Positions 13,453-26,809 of a stretch of DNA of 64,000 bases are shown in pieces. The stretch comes from Perna viridis (lineage: Eukaryota). A program made the position numbers and the translations under genes. Location: the NCBI GenBank assembly GCA_037379345.1, contig CM074514.1:49042001-49106000 (forward strand). The letters are read 5' to 3'. Under the pieces are notes generated by a model. That model was given only the letters and a program-made list of their open reading frames with translations. It was not told the DNA's origin and made no database searches. The stretch's first letter is position 1. The number at the start of each line of letters is the position of its first letter.

Positions 13453-13911
13453 GGATTCTCGGTCAGCTATTGACAGACTTAGTACTGTGGGTTATACCAA
13501 TATCTGACTGGTTCCCGGTTATGTCCTCTGATTTTATAGTCAGTCTTGTAACTATCAGTAACGTAAATACAATGTTCAGTCGATAAAGTTTGATCGCGGG
13601 TCAAAATTTAAAAATGACGAAGTTAGATCTCTATTTCAAAAAGAAAAGTTCCGATAACGACAACAGTGCCATCGTGAAGCATGCAACTATGGAAGTCACT
13701 TCTGTTGTACCAGAGTGGAATTCACATGGGACGAAACTTATAGGAAAGGATGACCCTCCGTATCCGGATATGGCTAAATTATAAAACGATGAACTTTTAA
13801 AGCATGAAGTTGAAGTATACATTTTGAGTCAAGAGTGGGAACCGAATTCATAAGCTACCTACTCTTTCCCTACAAGGTAACTATGCAATTTCTTTACATA
13901 TAATATGTATA

Positions 13912-14100
13912 CATGAGGGGGTGGAGAGAGGGGTATGCAGTTCCCTTTTCCCGCCCTAATTACTTCCGGCTCCCTCCCTTTTTTTCTAAAAACAAATTAC
14001 TCCCTCGGTCCATTTTAAAATTCCCGTTCCCGTTCCTCTACTTCCGGTTCCCGACCCTAACTCCCGGATTCAAGCCCCCCCCCCCACTCCACCCATACAT
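13912..14100. mobile_element. MITE-like insertion in transposase intron
   Basis: G-rich left end (GGGGTGGAGAGAGGGG) is complementary to the C-rich right end (CCCCCCCCACTCCACCC), with internal TTCCCG subrepeats. Confidence 0.55.
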
Positions 14101-14997
14101 ACGTGTAGCTAGTGGCTAATCAAGCCAGTGGTGGGTCCGGGGATTGCCCTATTCGTTTCATGATTTCTTCTATCATTTGGCAATAGTCGTCAGATATTTA
14201 GCCACAATGGACAAAAATTAGCATCTTTCCTACTGCGCCCTGGGTCATACTAATTCCCTTTTCCAAAAATATTTATAATATAAAATAGGTTCAAGAGACA
14301 ACTGTTCAACCATTAATTCTGGGATCGAGAAAAAATCGTCAAAGGGACATTTCATATATTTTCATTGAAATTATTATTTTAATTGGTAATATAAAATTTT
14401 GAAACGACATGTAAATGGGCCGTTATAAATTGAATAATAAGCAAAGATCCTCGTGTCCCCTCCTTCCCTACTATTGTAAATTAAACAAAAACACACGTCT
14501 AGTCTACCCTAGTTGTGTAAGATACACCGATTTACTTTGACCAGAGTAAGTGTAGCTCGAAAGATTCAGCGCGCCCTCTTCTGGTCAGAATACCTATTGT
14601 AATGAAGTAGGGAGCGAAAAAAAATCCAACTGATTTATGAAATATAACGGAAAATATATTTCAATATAATGCAGTGTAACTCCCCCTCGAGTCCAGCGCA
14701 CGCCGTCTCAAATCGCTCGGAGTACGGCGTGCGATTTAAAGCGTACGTCACTCACGGACAGGTTTTCCGCATACGCTTTAAAACATCCCAAATCCTGCGT
14801 ACGAAAAAGGGGATGGGTTATAAACAATAATAACATATTTATACTTGTAACGTGTATTTTTGCCCATACGATGTAGCCGGAAATCGCGGCTTAATAGTAT
14901 CACTATTTAAGGGTAATAGCACATTTCCTATGTTAGCAGCCCAGGACTGATAACGGTGTATCACTTCCAGTTATAGAAATAAGTGATAGAAATGTTT

Positions 14998-15128
14998 TCA
15001 CATGTCATTTTCCATATCGCACGGGCATCACACTCTATTCAAGTCAGCCCTCTACTACGGCTCGGGCTGGATATATGAGTCTAGTGCTGATTCCAGTGCT
15101 GATTTGAAATGGAAAATGCCATGTTATA
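14998..15128. repeat. Imperfect palindromic non-autonomous element
   Basis: CATGTCATTTTCCAT...CAGCCC-loop-GGGCTG...ATGGAAAATGCCATG fold-back symmetry. Confidence 0.55.
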
Positions 15129-15340
15129 CCCACCGCTAAATGTTGCGGAAGGAATGTAGAAAAATACCAGTGTCCGTCCGTGCGTCTGTGCGTCGGTGCA
15201 TCCGTATAAAATTGTTTTTTTTACAATAACTTATGACGAGCTTCATTTAATTTCATCAAACTTGCACAATTGAAGGCTAAGAGAGTTAGGAAGAACCTAT
15301 TGATTTTGAGTTGTTCAAAGATCAAAGTCACACCGACTAA
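15124..15340 (+). mobile_element. Helentron-associated (HINE/DINE-1-like) fragment
   Basis: TTATACCC subterminal motif followed by a (GTCC/GTGC)n microsatellite and a TTCATCAAACTTGCACA core. Confidence 0.55.
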
Positions 15341-17736
15341 GTGAAATACACGCGGCGGCGTACTTTAGCTTCCTGTTGTGACATATTAAAAATGGTTGTT
15401 TGTAAGCATGCAGGTTAAATTAGGTAAATGTCATCTTTTAATTTTGTAGAGTAATGAAAAAGAATAGCACAGAATGTGTGGTTTAAAGAGCACAACTGGC
15501 TCAGATATTCCGTTTCAGGCGATTGTCTTCATTGTGCACCTTGTGTATTATTTGGTGGAAAAGATTCCAAGGAGAAAACTTTTATCAAACCTGTAAATTA
15601 CTGGAACGATATCTCATGATACTTCAAACGACATGAAAAACCCGTTTCAAGTCATCATAAGTTTGTTAAAACGGCTGATAAGTTTTGAGTAATACGCCAC
15701 GAGAAACCATTAATTAGCGATGCTCCCGCCTCAAGCAGGAAACTTCATATTGGAAAAAAAAGACATATCGTGAAAAAAAATTTCGAAAACCTAATTTTGT
15801 GTGGAAGACAAAACATAGCTGTCAGAGGTCACATTGAGGACCGCAGTAATTTTATGGTCGTTTTGAGATATGCTGCTGATGCTGACGATGTCCTGTCTAA
15901 CCACCTTACAAATCCATCAAATGTAAAAGGAAAATTCACGTCCCAATAAACAGTATGAAGTCCTGTCTATCGTTGGTAAACTAAAAGACAATATCGTCAG
16001 CGATTGTAATAAAAGTGATGACTTCTCTATTCTTGCTAACGACGCAACCGACGCTTCAACCAAAGAACAAGTTTTACTTTGTCTTTGTTCCAAAGATTCT
16101 ACATGCAATGGTTCTGAAATTCGTGAAGAATGTGTTGGTTTCCTGCTCATAGTATACGAGGTTAAGCTTTGGCTACTCTTCTACTCTATACAATTGATGA
16201 ATACGATATAGACGGGGACAAAATGCGTGCCCAGAGATATGACAGGGCAGAGAATATGGCCGAGATACATCAAGGAGTACAAGCGCAAATAAGGCAACGT
16301 TTCCCTGAAGTAGCCTATGTACATTGTAGAAGTCATTGCTTAAATCTAGCAATTGTTCACTCTTACAAATATCCGAGCGTTCGCACCATCATGGGAACTG
16401 TTCAAGACATAGCGTTTGCGTTTGATTACTCAACAAAGGGTACGGAGGCATTCTACAGTTAACTAGAATCAGATGAATAAACCAAGGATGAACACGTTGG
16501 ACAAATCGTCCTGATACTTTGCATACATTTAAGGTAGCATTTCCCGTTATAATCAGCGCCCTTGAACATCAGAAACAAAATGGTGATGACAAATCCAATC
16601 AGTACTTTGCAGCAATATTGCGGCTCCATTTTATAAGCGTAAGTTGTGATTTAATAGAAGCCGTCCGCGAATGCAAATTGGTTATAGATTAATTATCTGA
16701 TGAACGTTACGACGAAACTGTGAGATTCGATCTTTAATTGTGCAGTTACGATTTCTGACAAAATTGAGGTAGAGCCGCACATGCCAAGAAGAGTCTGAAG
16801 ACAAGCTAACAGAGCTAACCGTCAGGCCGAAACTCAAACTGAATACTGGAAAAAGGGCATTGTATTACCCATTTCTAGATTACTTTATTGTAGAATTGAG
16901 AGGGAGATTAATGAAAAATAGCGACAGGTTAAATGGACAAAAATTGATACCTTCCCGTTTAGAATCATAAACTGACGATAATCTGTTTGAAACATAAAAT
17001 CATGACCTTACTGAACACGAGAAGCGAGCTTTTCGAATCTGAGATCAAACGATGCAAAAGACGGTGGTCTGATCAGAATGCAGAGGCAGAGATCTGGTAC
17101 ACTCATGTCTACTCTGTCGGTTACAAACAAAGTTCTGTATCCCTCTGTTTTTTTCAATTTTATCGATTTCGATTACTATGCCCGTGACTACATCGACCAC
17201 CAAAAGGTCCTTTAGTGCTCTACGAAGGCTTGAAACATTTCATCGTTCGCCCATGGTTCAAGATAGATTGTCGTCTCTCGCACTGATACAAATCCATAGA
17301 GACATGAAAATAGACCGTGAGGAAGTTCTCCGTGAATTTGCATTAGCGAAAGACTTCGACTGTTAACTTCAATAGTTCTTTATGCGCAGCAAGACATTTG
17401 CCTTTACCTGAATATTTCGACAAATCAAAGCACAACAATTTGCATTTGATGAACAATTTCCCGATCTGTTAAGCTAGGGACCCTGGTTTAAGTCTTTAGT
17501 AACTATAATTAAAACATTTATTTCCGAACTTATTGTTATATCCACATTGATTAACCTTTGAATGAATTGAGATCTCGATGGGATTTTCATGAAACTGTGC
17601 TACTATTCATTTTGGTGACTTTTTTCTAACATGGAGTTCCCCAGTTATATTGTCACATCGCAAAAATGGAAATACTAGTATATTATAAAATAAGATGTGC
17701 AGTATGGGCAAAAAGTTGAACCTTAAGTTCATCTGA

Positions 17737-17960
17737 TTATACCTCCGCTCTGAAAGGATGGGGTATACTGTTTTATCATTGTCCGCACACTTTCGTCCGT
17801 CTCATTTTTTCTTCCCTATTTAAAACAGTCACCTACTTTTTGGTATGCACTTTGAGTAAGATGGCCCATTTGGCGCGATATATTTTTCAAGTCTTCTGCT
17901 ATCTACTTTCCTTCCAATACCATAACCATGGAAATCACTAGTGAGCCGTCGCTCACATAT
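17737..17960 (+). mobile_element. Helentron-associated (HINE-like) fragment
   Basis: TTATACCTCCG...GGGGTATA short inverted repeat, then GTCCG..GTCCGTC microsatellite. Confidence 0.55.
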
Positions 17961-18624
17961 TTATATCAATGTTTTAGTAGTATGTTTATGAATAAAAAAT
18001 ACAATGTAGCAATACAAATAACTAACAATTGTGGTCAGTGATATGGTTTTTTTTTTACAAAATAACCCTCTAAATCGTCAGGTCTTCTGAGCTTCCGGGA
18101 GTTTCGCCTCCTCCCTGGACAAGCTTGGGACCTTGTTCATATGTTTTGATCATTCACTCCTTCCAATTCATGATCCTGTTATAAACACTATCAAGAAGAA
18201 AAAGACGAAGATTTTGCCGAAAACACTTTTTTCCATAAAATAATAACGTGACGCGCAGCAGCCTTACAGTGAAATCATCTGTTTTACATTATGTACATGG
18301 TCAAATATCCAATTAAAACGAGAATTCAAAACATGTCATGTAGTTCAAATAACTTTGAGCTATGAACGTCGCAGATAATGTGTGATAAGGATTGACGACT
18401 TAACATGCAAGATTTGCTTTGGCAACATAATATCACAAAAACGGTGGCGGGAAATGGCGTTGGTTGTTATTTAGTTACACGAAACCAGTACTTGTTTGAA
18501 AGTTCTTGGGTAATCTGTACTTTGAGAGGGATTATTAGATTAAATGAGTATATATGTTGAACATTTTCCAACCAACGGCATATTGATGAAGTATTATTCT
18601 TTTTTTTCATATATAAATTGCTTC

Positions 18625-19318
18625 TCTGTTTCCGCTATATAGATGACGTATTATCTTTAAACAATCCTTATTTCGGGGATTTGATACATCGCATCTAGCC
18701 AAAAGAACTTGAGATAAAGGATACTACAGACACTGTGAAGTCAGCCTCATATCTTGACCTACACTTAGAAATCGATAGTAAAGGAAAACTATTGACCACA
18801 CTTTACGACAAACGTGATGACTTTTCATTCAGAATTGTCAATTTTCCTTTCATCTGTGGCAACATCCCTTCAGCACCTGCGTATGGCGTGTTCATATCAC
18901 AACTCATATGTCATGCCAGAGCTTGCCAAGCTACGCAGACTTTGTGTATCGCGCTAGAACTCTAACAAATAGGCTTCTGGAACAGGGATATGTTGCTACA
19001 AGATTGAAGTCATCACTACATAAGTTTTATGGTCGTCATCATGAACTCGTGGATCGTTGTGGTGTGTCCATCTGCACCTTGAGAACTGATTTATTCAACG
19101 GGTCATAGTTTTCCTTCCTCGTTTGTCTACCCCGGACTTGACTTTTTATGAGCAACTCGGCGGGTGTTTCTAGAAAAGCAGAGGACGCTTACCCTACCGA
19201 TGCACCCGGTCCATGCTCCCAGTTTTTAGTGGAGTCCGAGTTGCTCATTTCTTTTTTACTTTGTATGTATAATTTTAGTTACTTTATGTTCTTTGTTATG
19301 TATGTCTGTTTTCCATGA
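18625..19318 (+). mobile_element. Naiad-type PLE, young 5'-truncated copy
   Basis: FRYIDDVLSLNNP..KELEIKDTTDTVKSASYLDLHLEID..YDKRDDFSFRIVNFPFICGNIPSAPAYGVFISQL...KFYGRHHELVDR, plus a near-consensus tail. Confidence 0.93.
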
Positions 19319-20389
19319 TATAACTAGAATACAAATATGTTTTTGGTATTTTGTAATTTCATGTGCAATATAGGTCGCCTCATGCTTTTTCCACCTTTAC
19401 AGGACCGGAAGTATTAAACAAACTGACTAAAATTAAACTCATTATGGTCAAACCTCGATGTTGAACATTGTGAACATAATGGTTTATATGATTTTTGTTA
19501 TACTTATTTTTTCACTTGTTTTCTTATTAACTATATCAATACATCACTGATATGTTTGATAGGTAATTAATAAGGACAAAAACAATTGTCAGCGTTGAGC
19601 GGAATAACGCATTGTTTAGATTGACTTACATGCAATGTAATGCTTGTGTATGTTTTGAATACCTTGAATGTCATTTATCGTATAAATCAAAATGTATAAT
19701 TCCTAGAGATTGAATATATTTAGTTATCCCATTATGGTAGTAGGAAAAAAATCGTCTTATATTTGCGTACCTTCAATGCCCCATCATAGAGAATTTCGTT
19801 GTTGATCAGAATGAAGATAGTTCAGACAATGCCTACGGTAATTTGTCTAAAGCAATAATCGTAAGTAGCGTCGTTAATTACTCTTTTTGGTAACGTTCAT
19901 TTCGTTCTCCCTTCAGGTATTCCTGTCGAAATAACCAATCATGAAGTAGTATGGTTCAAACTAATTGTTAGTTGTTCAATTGTATTGCACTGTGTTGCAG
20001 TCTCTAACAATGGCTTCGAGGTAACACTTATGTCATTAATTCTCACCCTCAGACAGATAATCAGAAATATTTATTTTGTCCTATACCTTTTTGTTAAATT
20101 GAAATGTTCTTAGTGTCACCAAGTTTGCCACCTGTAAAAGGTGTAATGAGCAATTTTATGATGTTATTGTACATATTAATGCATCCTCCTGGTAGAAACT
20201 TCTGAATGATCAACAACGAAACAATTCAAATACAATGCGAATGCCTCGCCTGAACGTGAGAACAGAACATTTCTGTTACTTTTCAAATTGTTAAAACATT
20301 ACAATGGTATTTTTAAAGACAACCTAACAAGTATAAAGCAAAATGAGTAAAGAGTTTTAAAAATATATTATACAACGAGAATTGATATT

Positions 20390-21000
20390 GTGAATATATC
20401 AAGAAAACAATAATCCCACCAAGATACAAAATGTCAGCTCAAAGCCATCCATTGGTCTTCGATGAGTGATGATGAAACCCTCACACGGGGATGCTACAGC
20501 TGGCCAAAATAAAACATCATAGTCAGGTGCGGCGAGATAGTTGCCCCTATAAAATCAATACGAAAATATACATACAGTGGCAAGAAATTCCTAATTTGGG
20601 ACATACGCAGAAACAATGCGGCGTGATAAAATACTTTGGCGTCATTACAACCTTCCCCGCTTTTTTTCAAAACTTGCCACTGAGAAAAAACTATTTCAGA
20701 ACCAAACGCATCTAAAAATTTAATTCAAATAGCTCGGAGTCTCACGTAAAAAAGAAAAAAAAAGACTGATAATTCGTTTCACAAATGCATAATCAAGGAC
20801 TACTAGCAGTTACTAGGCGTTTTATCTAAATGAAAATATCCTGTGTCACACGGGAGAAAGAAACTTCATAAAGGTATATCCTTGCTCCAAATCAGGTCTA
20901 TGTACAACTCACATGGACAACATATCGACCAAGAGTGGTTCACAATTTGTTCGAACAGCTATTCCATATTCTACAAACATTTAGTCAAAAAGTTTTGTGC
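20390..21000 (-). mobile_element. Decayed PLE-derived/SINE-like element with Nin/Deu-domain-like core
   Basis: Minus strand of ~20915-20970 encodes YGIAVRTNCEPLLVDML (decayed GIPMGTNCAPLLADL). 20585-20660 is the reverse complement of the GGTTG..ACGCCAAAGTA..CGCATTGTTT..CCAAGTCAGGA core also at 27570-27650. Confidence 0.55.
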
Positions 21001-22598
21001 AATTCCATGTTTACTAGGTGAGCGAAACAAATGTGTGAAATGCAAATTGCATTTCTCTCATAAGAAATCTCAGATTGTCGATAGGAATAAGCATACGTGT
21101 AAGTGCTTAATTTTGAAGAATAAAACAAACAAAACAAACATTAAAACAAAAAAACAAATCACTGAATGTTATACCTAGGGAAAAAAAACACAATCTCCAT
21201 TTATTATAACTAAATGTTCTTGTGAAACTGCGTTGCAATAAAAGCAACTCGCCTTTGATAATACTAAAGCCTTTGAAAACATTAACTTTTGGTTCAATAT
21301 CTGATCTTTGTAATGGCATATAATACAAGGTTTGATGTACCTGTCTTTATATCGACAAAAAAGCATTAATGGGGCATCCAACAATGTCATGTAAACTGAT
21401 GTATTGTTATTTTTATTACCATGGCTACAATGTTTTATGACAAAATAAAAAAAGAAAATCTATCTTTTTTTTCATATATCTACATAATGTAAAGAAAAAA
21501 AAAGAAAAAAAAGAAAAAAACCTTTTACAAGAATCAAATGTCAGATTTGCTTGTTTGAGTGTTTCTGTATAATTTTATTTCTACGTTTTGTCATTACATT
21601 ATCTGCAGTGACCTATATTTAGAGTTGAACCGCAATGTTAAGCAACAAGGACGTTAACATGAATAATCTGTAATCAGTGATTCATATTTGTTAAGTATGT
21701 ATTGTTGTTTGAGTTGTGAAATTTTGTTGACAGTAGATATTTAATCAATATAGATATCAGCTGTACATTCACAATACACAAAAATACTTACAATAATTTT
21801 ACAACTAATACCAATTCATTACTATTTTATATTTCATTTATCAGGAAACTTTCCTAATGTGCCGTTTTGCGATTACTGGGTCGTATTTTGAATAACTTTA
21901 TTACCCATAAGAGAATTATTTCCTTATTTAAAGTACAAAACAATAAGTAACTTTATTGAATTGATAAACAAAACAACATTATGTCCAGTCGTTTTGATGA
22001 TGGTCTCAGATAAACGCTGCAAAATTGACGAAATTGGAACCTATACTGCCAATACTAATCAAAATTTATGTTTCCTCCAATCGTAAAAGCATTGTTTTTG
22101 TGTCAGAATGCCTTCAAATTAATGATGAATGATCCGAGATTGTGTCATACCGGAAACGGATACACCGCCATTATCACATCAATGTAAATGATGGGAATTG
22201 CCAAAACGCTGTATATTTGCGTTCTCAATCTATAAGGATCTTACACTTCATAAAAAAAAAATTAATTTGTAAGGATAATGATTTATGCCTTGAACACTTG
22301 GCGCCTTGATACTATTGATATAGATCGATCATATCATACAACAAGATAAAAAATGACTCAATCAGAGACATGACACTAAAATTGATATGATTATTATTTA
22401 TTATTCTACAATAACATGTACCATAGATAAAATTTTCTGAACAATAAGTCATATTTTTAATGAAATTAAAATGCACATATAATCTGATTTCAAATATAAT
22501 TGTTTTCTTTAAGACAAAGAAAACAATGAAATAGGATAATATAATAGATTTAAAAGGAAACAACCTTACCAAACATATATTAATTATTGTGCTTAGCT

Positions 22599-23250
22599 AT
22601 GGGGTCACGACATTTGTTAGTAGTTATGTATCAATAATCTGGATGATAGAAAAAAAATAACCTGTCTTCAAGAGCTCAACACAGGTTTCAATGGGGTCGA
22701 AGTTGAAGGACGATACCTTGCTAATGGTATTGCTCTTGAAAGATAAATAACGATAAATTTAAAAGTTTAAAACCGATTTCCTTTAAACGATATTATAAAG
22801 AAAGGAACATTCAATCTATAAAATTATCCCTATGATCTTTATGCCTACACAAGGTCTATCTGGTTAAAGTTGTAGGATGATGCCTTCTTAGTTGCAACAG
22901 ATGCAAACCATCATGTTTTTTTTTATTATTTTTTTAACCAATTATCATGAAAACCATTCTATTTTTTTTATTTGCTGTGATAAATCTTATGACCAGTCCA
23001 ACTAACAAATCAACTAAAACTTTATACGGAAAGATTCCTAGTAGAAGGTAATGTCTGAAATTAAGCATATGAGTAACTTTTTTTGTAGTGGAAACCTTAT
23101 AATGTCACAATTATAGAATAAGAACCAGATAGGACAATTTTGTAAATTTATGAATATTACTTATTCCTGACATAAAATTTTCCTAAGACAAAGACATTGT
23201 TGCAAGATGAGAAATCCGACCTTTTATGACCTATAATATCTGCTTTCATG
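22599..23250 (+). pseudogene. Possible highly decayed single-exon LRR (TLR-like ectodomain) gene remnant
   Basis: ATG MGSRHLLVV (22599), then scattered LRR-like peptides in shifting frames: CLQELNTGFNGV, LKPISFK..NIQSIKLS, DDAFLV, KHMSNFFCSGNLI. Many stops. Confidence 0.3.
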
Positions 23251-25334
23251 TCATGTTTGTAAAACATTTTAAAAATGTATTATTTTTACGGACAGTCATT
23301 GGGATAGTATGGCATGTTTCTTGCAAATAGTTTTAACCCTTCAAATTTAAGAAGAAACTAAATGCGACCCGCTTTGTGATGCTCGTCACTGTGTGTAAAC
23401 GGGTTTATATCTTCCTTTATGTTGTTTCTTCTTATCAGTTGATGTGTCTTCAATTGTGTTATTACCCATATTGTGGTACTTTTGTATAGCAGTGCTATAG
23501 TATATAGTATTTTCGTTTTACAATTACTCCTTCGTTGTGTTTTATATTTATGACTTCTATTCATTTATACAGATCAAAAGTGAGAGGTAAACATCCGAAA
23601 CTGTTAGTTTGTCGTACATCATATATCACTTAAGATAAGTATGTATTTTCATGTCATTGCACATTCTATTTCTTCACCAAGTTTATAAAGGAACGATCTT
23701 TAATAACAACATTCCGTATAGGTTACTGTTATATCTCAATGGTCATTTCTACTTTTATGTATAATAAAGGATGTATTGTGATCAATTTTTCTTCTTTAGT
23801 ACTCAAACGGCGTACAAATTTGTAATGATGATAGCTTCTTAACTCAATTACTACTACTTAATGACGTTCTTCCGATAACATTCCAAATCTTGTGCATAAT
23901 TCGATTATCCCTGGGATCATTTAACTATGATTTGCATAGTTCTTCGATGTTAATATTTTTGAACATTGAATTCATATTTTTATTACTCAAAAGCCTGTTA
24001 TGCTTGTAGGTTTGATAAACTGATACACATACTTTATCCAAGTGATGCAAAGATAGTAGGGTAAAGGCAACACATGTTTTTTAATGAACTGCGGAAAGCA
24101 TTCAGTGACGATAATTGATAATATGGAAGATTGTTTAGAAAGTTGTTAAAATTTTCACTGTTTTACCGTAACTAAATCTCTCATTAATGCTAGTCTTATA
24201 TTAGAGAAAATGAGAACTTTCAGTATATTCGAGTTCGATTGATCCAACTATAAAAAATACCATTATATGCAAACACCAACATCGGCATGGGAATTTGATA
24301 TTAAAAACAATCGGCCAAAAAATAATCAAGCAAATCCGTAACGGCTTTACAATCATAAGATACACGTTTAAAGAACACACAAAAAGAACCAAATGCTATT
24401 TCTTACCATATTATGTTTCAATTACAAACAACACAGTACAGCTATACGCCTTTATTCTTGAGCATAGAATGACCTTAATGAAATTGTGCCCTGCGAATTT
24501 TTTCTACACCATCCAATTTTCATTATTGCTATATTCCTTTTATACATTGTTCGATTGATATAATGTTTAAGTATCAGCTAAATGATTGATATTGCTGTAC
24601 GAAATCACAATTAAAGCAATAAAATGTTCGTCAAACATTTATTTATTTACTGCTGATATCTAGAATATCCGAGTTTGCTAATAACCAGGCGATGTGTATT
24701 TCTCATACTAGTTCAAAGGGTAAATTTAATAAATAAAGGAAAAGAAGTGAGTGAGAAGAAGAAATCATATTAGCCAGAAAGATTGCTTACATTGATAAGA
24801 GCACATAACGAATAGTGGATTATCATAATCATTCAATTTTATCAGTCATATTCGAGAATAATGTATAAAAAATCTATGGCAGAAAATACAGTAATTATGC
24901 TGGCTTTGTTTTCCAATTAAGATTTGTTTGGTTTTGAGTAGCAAATTAATTTTAGATTATGGTCTACCGATGCATTATGGTCTTGTATTGTGTAATAGAA
25001 GTTATTCCTTGTAAGACGTGTACTGCATATTGAAATTTGTAATATTAGTATGAGTGGTATTTTTGTATTTCACTTCAGACTATGATTGAAATTTATGTGT
25101 AATTGGAGGAATGTATATCTTATTTTTTCCAAGGTCACATCAACACACACTTTATTTTCTTTTATATGCTGAGGGCATAACTTTAAAACATTTTTTCCTA
25201 TCACAATTTCTCCACGAAATTTTTTTCTCACAGATTATATCATACATGATCTGTCTATTTATTTTTCAACATATTGTTTGAATATTAATTTGACAATTCT
25301 CAATTTAAATATAAGAGGTACGGTACGATTGCCA

Positions 25335-25495
25335 AATACTAAAGATTCTGGCAGAATTCCAGGGACAAAGACCAGACATTGGAAACTGACACACAAAGCA
25401 AAGAACATAAAATAACCAAAATAATACATACAAAGTAACAAAAGCAAGTGAGCAACTCGGATTCACTAAAAGCTGGAAGCATAGACCTTGCACCA
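25335..25495 (-). mobile_element. Naiad 3' tail fragment
   Basis: CAGGGACAAAGACCAGACA..AAAGTAACAAAAGCAAGTGAGCAACTCGGATTCACTAAAA matches the tail consensus. Confidence 0.85.
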
Positions 25496-26809
25496 AGTAA
25501 CGTACAATTAAACTTCTACAGGTCACCACATGGTTTTCAATACTAACATGTTAACAAATCGGACAAAAGACAACAAACATAAAAGTCTTGTCCAGCAATG
25601 ATTTCTCAGATCAGTATTGCATTGTATTGTTTTCTATTTGTAATTGCCATCTTTAGAACACAGACAAAATAATCGCAATGTTTAAAATGGGTTTCGCTTT
25701 GTAAACAGTTATTTTGTCTGTGTGCTAAAGAACAAAATTAAATTTAGAACCATTCAATATAAAAACAATGAAAAGCAAGACAAATTTGATTACATCAATG
25801 AAATGGACACCCACAATCCAATATTTTGGTGTGAATGTTTTTTATATAGATGTGAATGACCAGGAAATCTTTAAAAAATCTTCTTGATCGGTATGAGTGA
25901 TAATTACCATATATATACTTTTCGTGATGTTTAGACAGTGCAAACATAATCGAATAAGGGAAAATAAGAAGTCGTTAGAACGTCATATATCACGCAATGT
26001 TTATACGTGGTTTTCGCAGCGGTGTGCCAGAATTTTTTCTTGATCTATGTTCAATAATGTAAGCGTCAATGAGTTTGTTTAATTGAGATATATGATATTT
26101 CTTTGTAGATTCTTTTGGAAGAAAGTATATTATTGTGCTTTGTGTATATCCCTTACGGATACTGATCTTACAGATCATTGTTCGAAATATGTTTATATTT
26201 TCAAACCAAAAATATTACGTTGATTCCTTGAAAATATTGTGGAAACATTTTGTTTTCAGATTCAATTTAGAACAATAGTAGGAACAGCAATAATAATTTA
26301 AGTTTGTAATCATTGATCATCATGATATATACAATTTTAATTTAATTGTTGAAACTAAGGTATGTAACATGTCGGGACTTTAAGAGCTAAACCAAATGGG
26401 TGTTTGCACTTGTTGAAGACCTTTTGGTGATCCCTGACAATATTCAGTTTTTTTGTGTATTAAGGTAATACGCGGATACATTAGTGACGTTTCACCTAAT
26501 CTGTTATTTTTTTCTGTGTATTTGCGTGGTGCATGGAAAAGCTGCAAAGTACATGTATCGGTGTTGATTGGATAAACATACCGCTGACTCATAAAAAAGC
26601 CGTGTACAAGTCACATTCACAAGAGAATCAGTTCAACTGTGATATATATTCCGTAGTCTGAAGAAGTTGATGAATTTCAACTTAAAAGAGAGAAGTTTAC
26701 AAATAGACACTCAAAATCAAAACATTTGTCATAAAATTCCAATTTTTACAGCCTGAATAATCAAGGAATAGTTAAAGTCTAGGTATGAAGCATCTAAGGA
26801 TAAAACAAT

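Larger units (their letters stand above)
13614..17366 (+). pseudogene. Decayed hAT transposase (ZMYM1/PRKRIR-like: ZnF-TTF, DUF4371, hAT C-terminal dimerisation domain), two exons 13614-13876 and 15450-17366
   Basis: Exon 1 MTKLDLYFKK..YSFPT with GTAACT donor. Exon 2 after TTTTGTAG: WFKEHNWLRYS..CLHCAPCVLFG, LCGRQNIAVRGH, FSILANDATDASTKEQ, AQRYDRAENM, YVHCRSHCLNLAI, PVTTSTTKRSFSALRRL..RSPMVQDRLSSLALIQIH. Many stops and frameshifts. Confidence 0.9.
13450..18190 (+). mobile_element. hAT DNA transposon relic (approximate bounds)
   Basis: Contains the transposase pseudogene. A GC-rich subterminal-type motif (GAGTTTCGCCTCCTCCCTGGAC) lies near 18100. Clean TIRs and TSD were not found. Confidence 0.55.

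Noticed and set aside
16697-16730. CTGATGA...GAAAC hammerhead-like match
   Set aside because: No viable stems, and it lies in hAT transposase coding sequence. Other CTGATGA hits (~11892, ~27353, ~34258, ~42626) also lack the partner box or stems.
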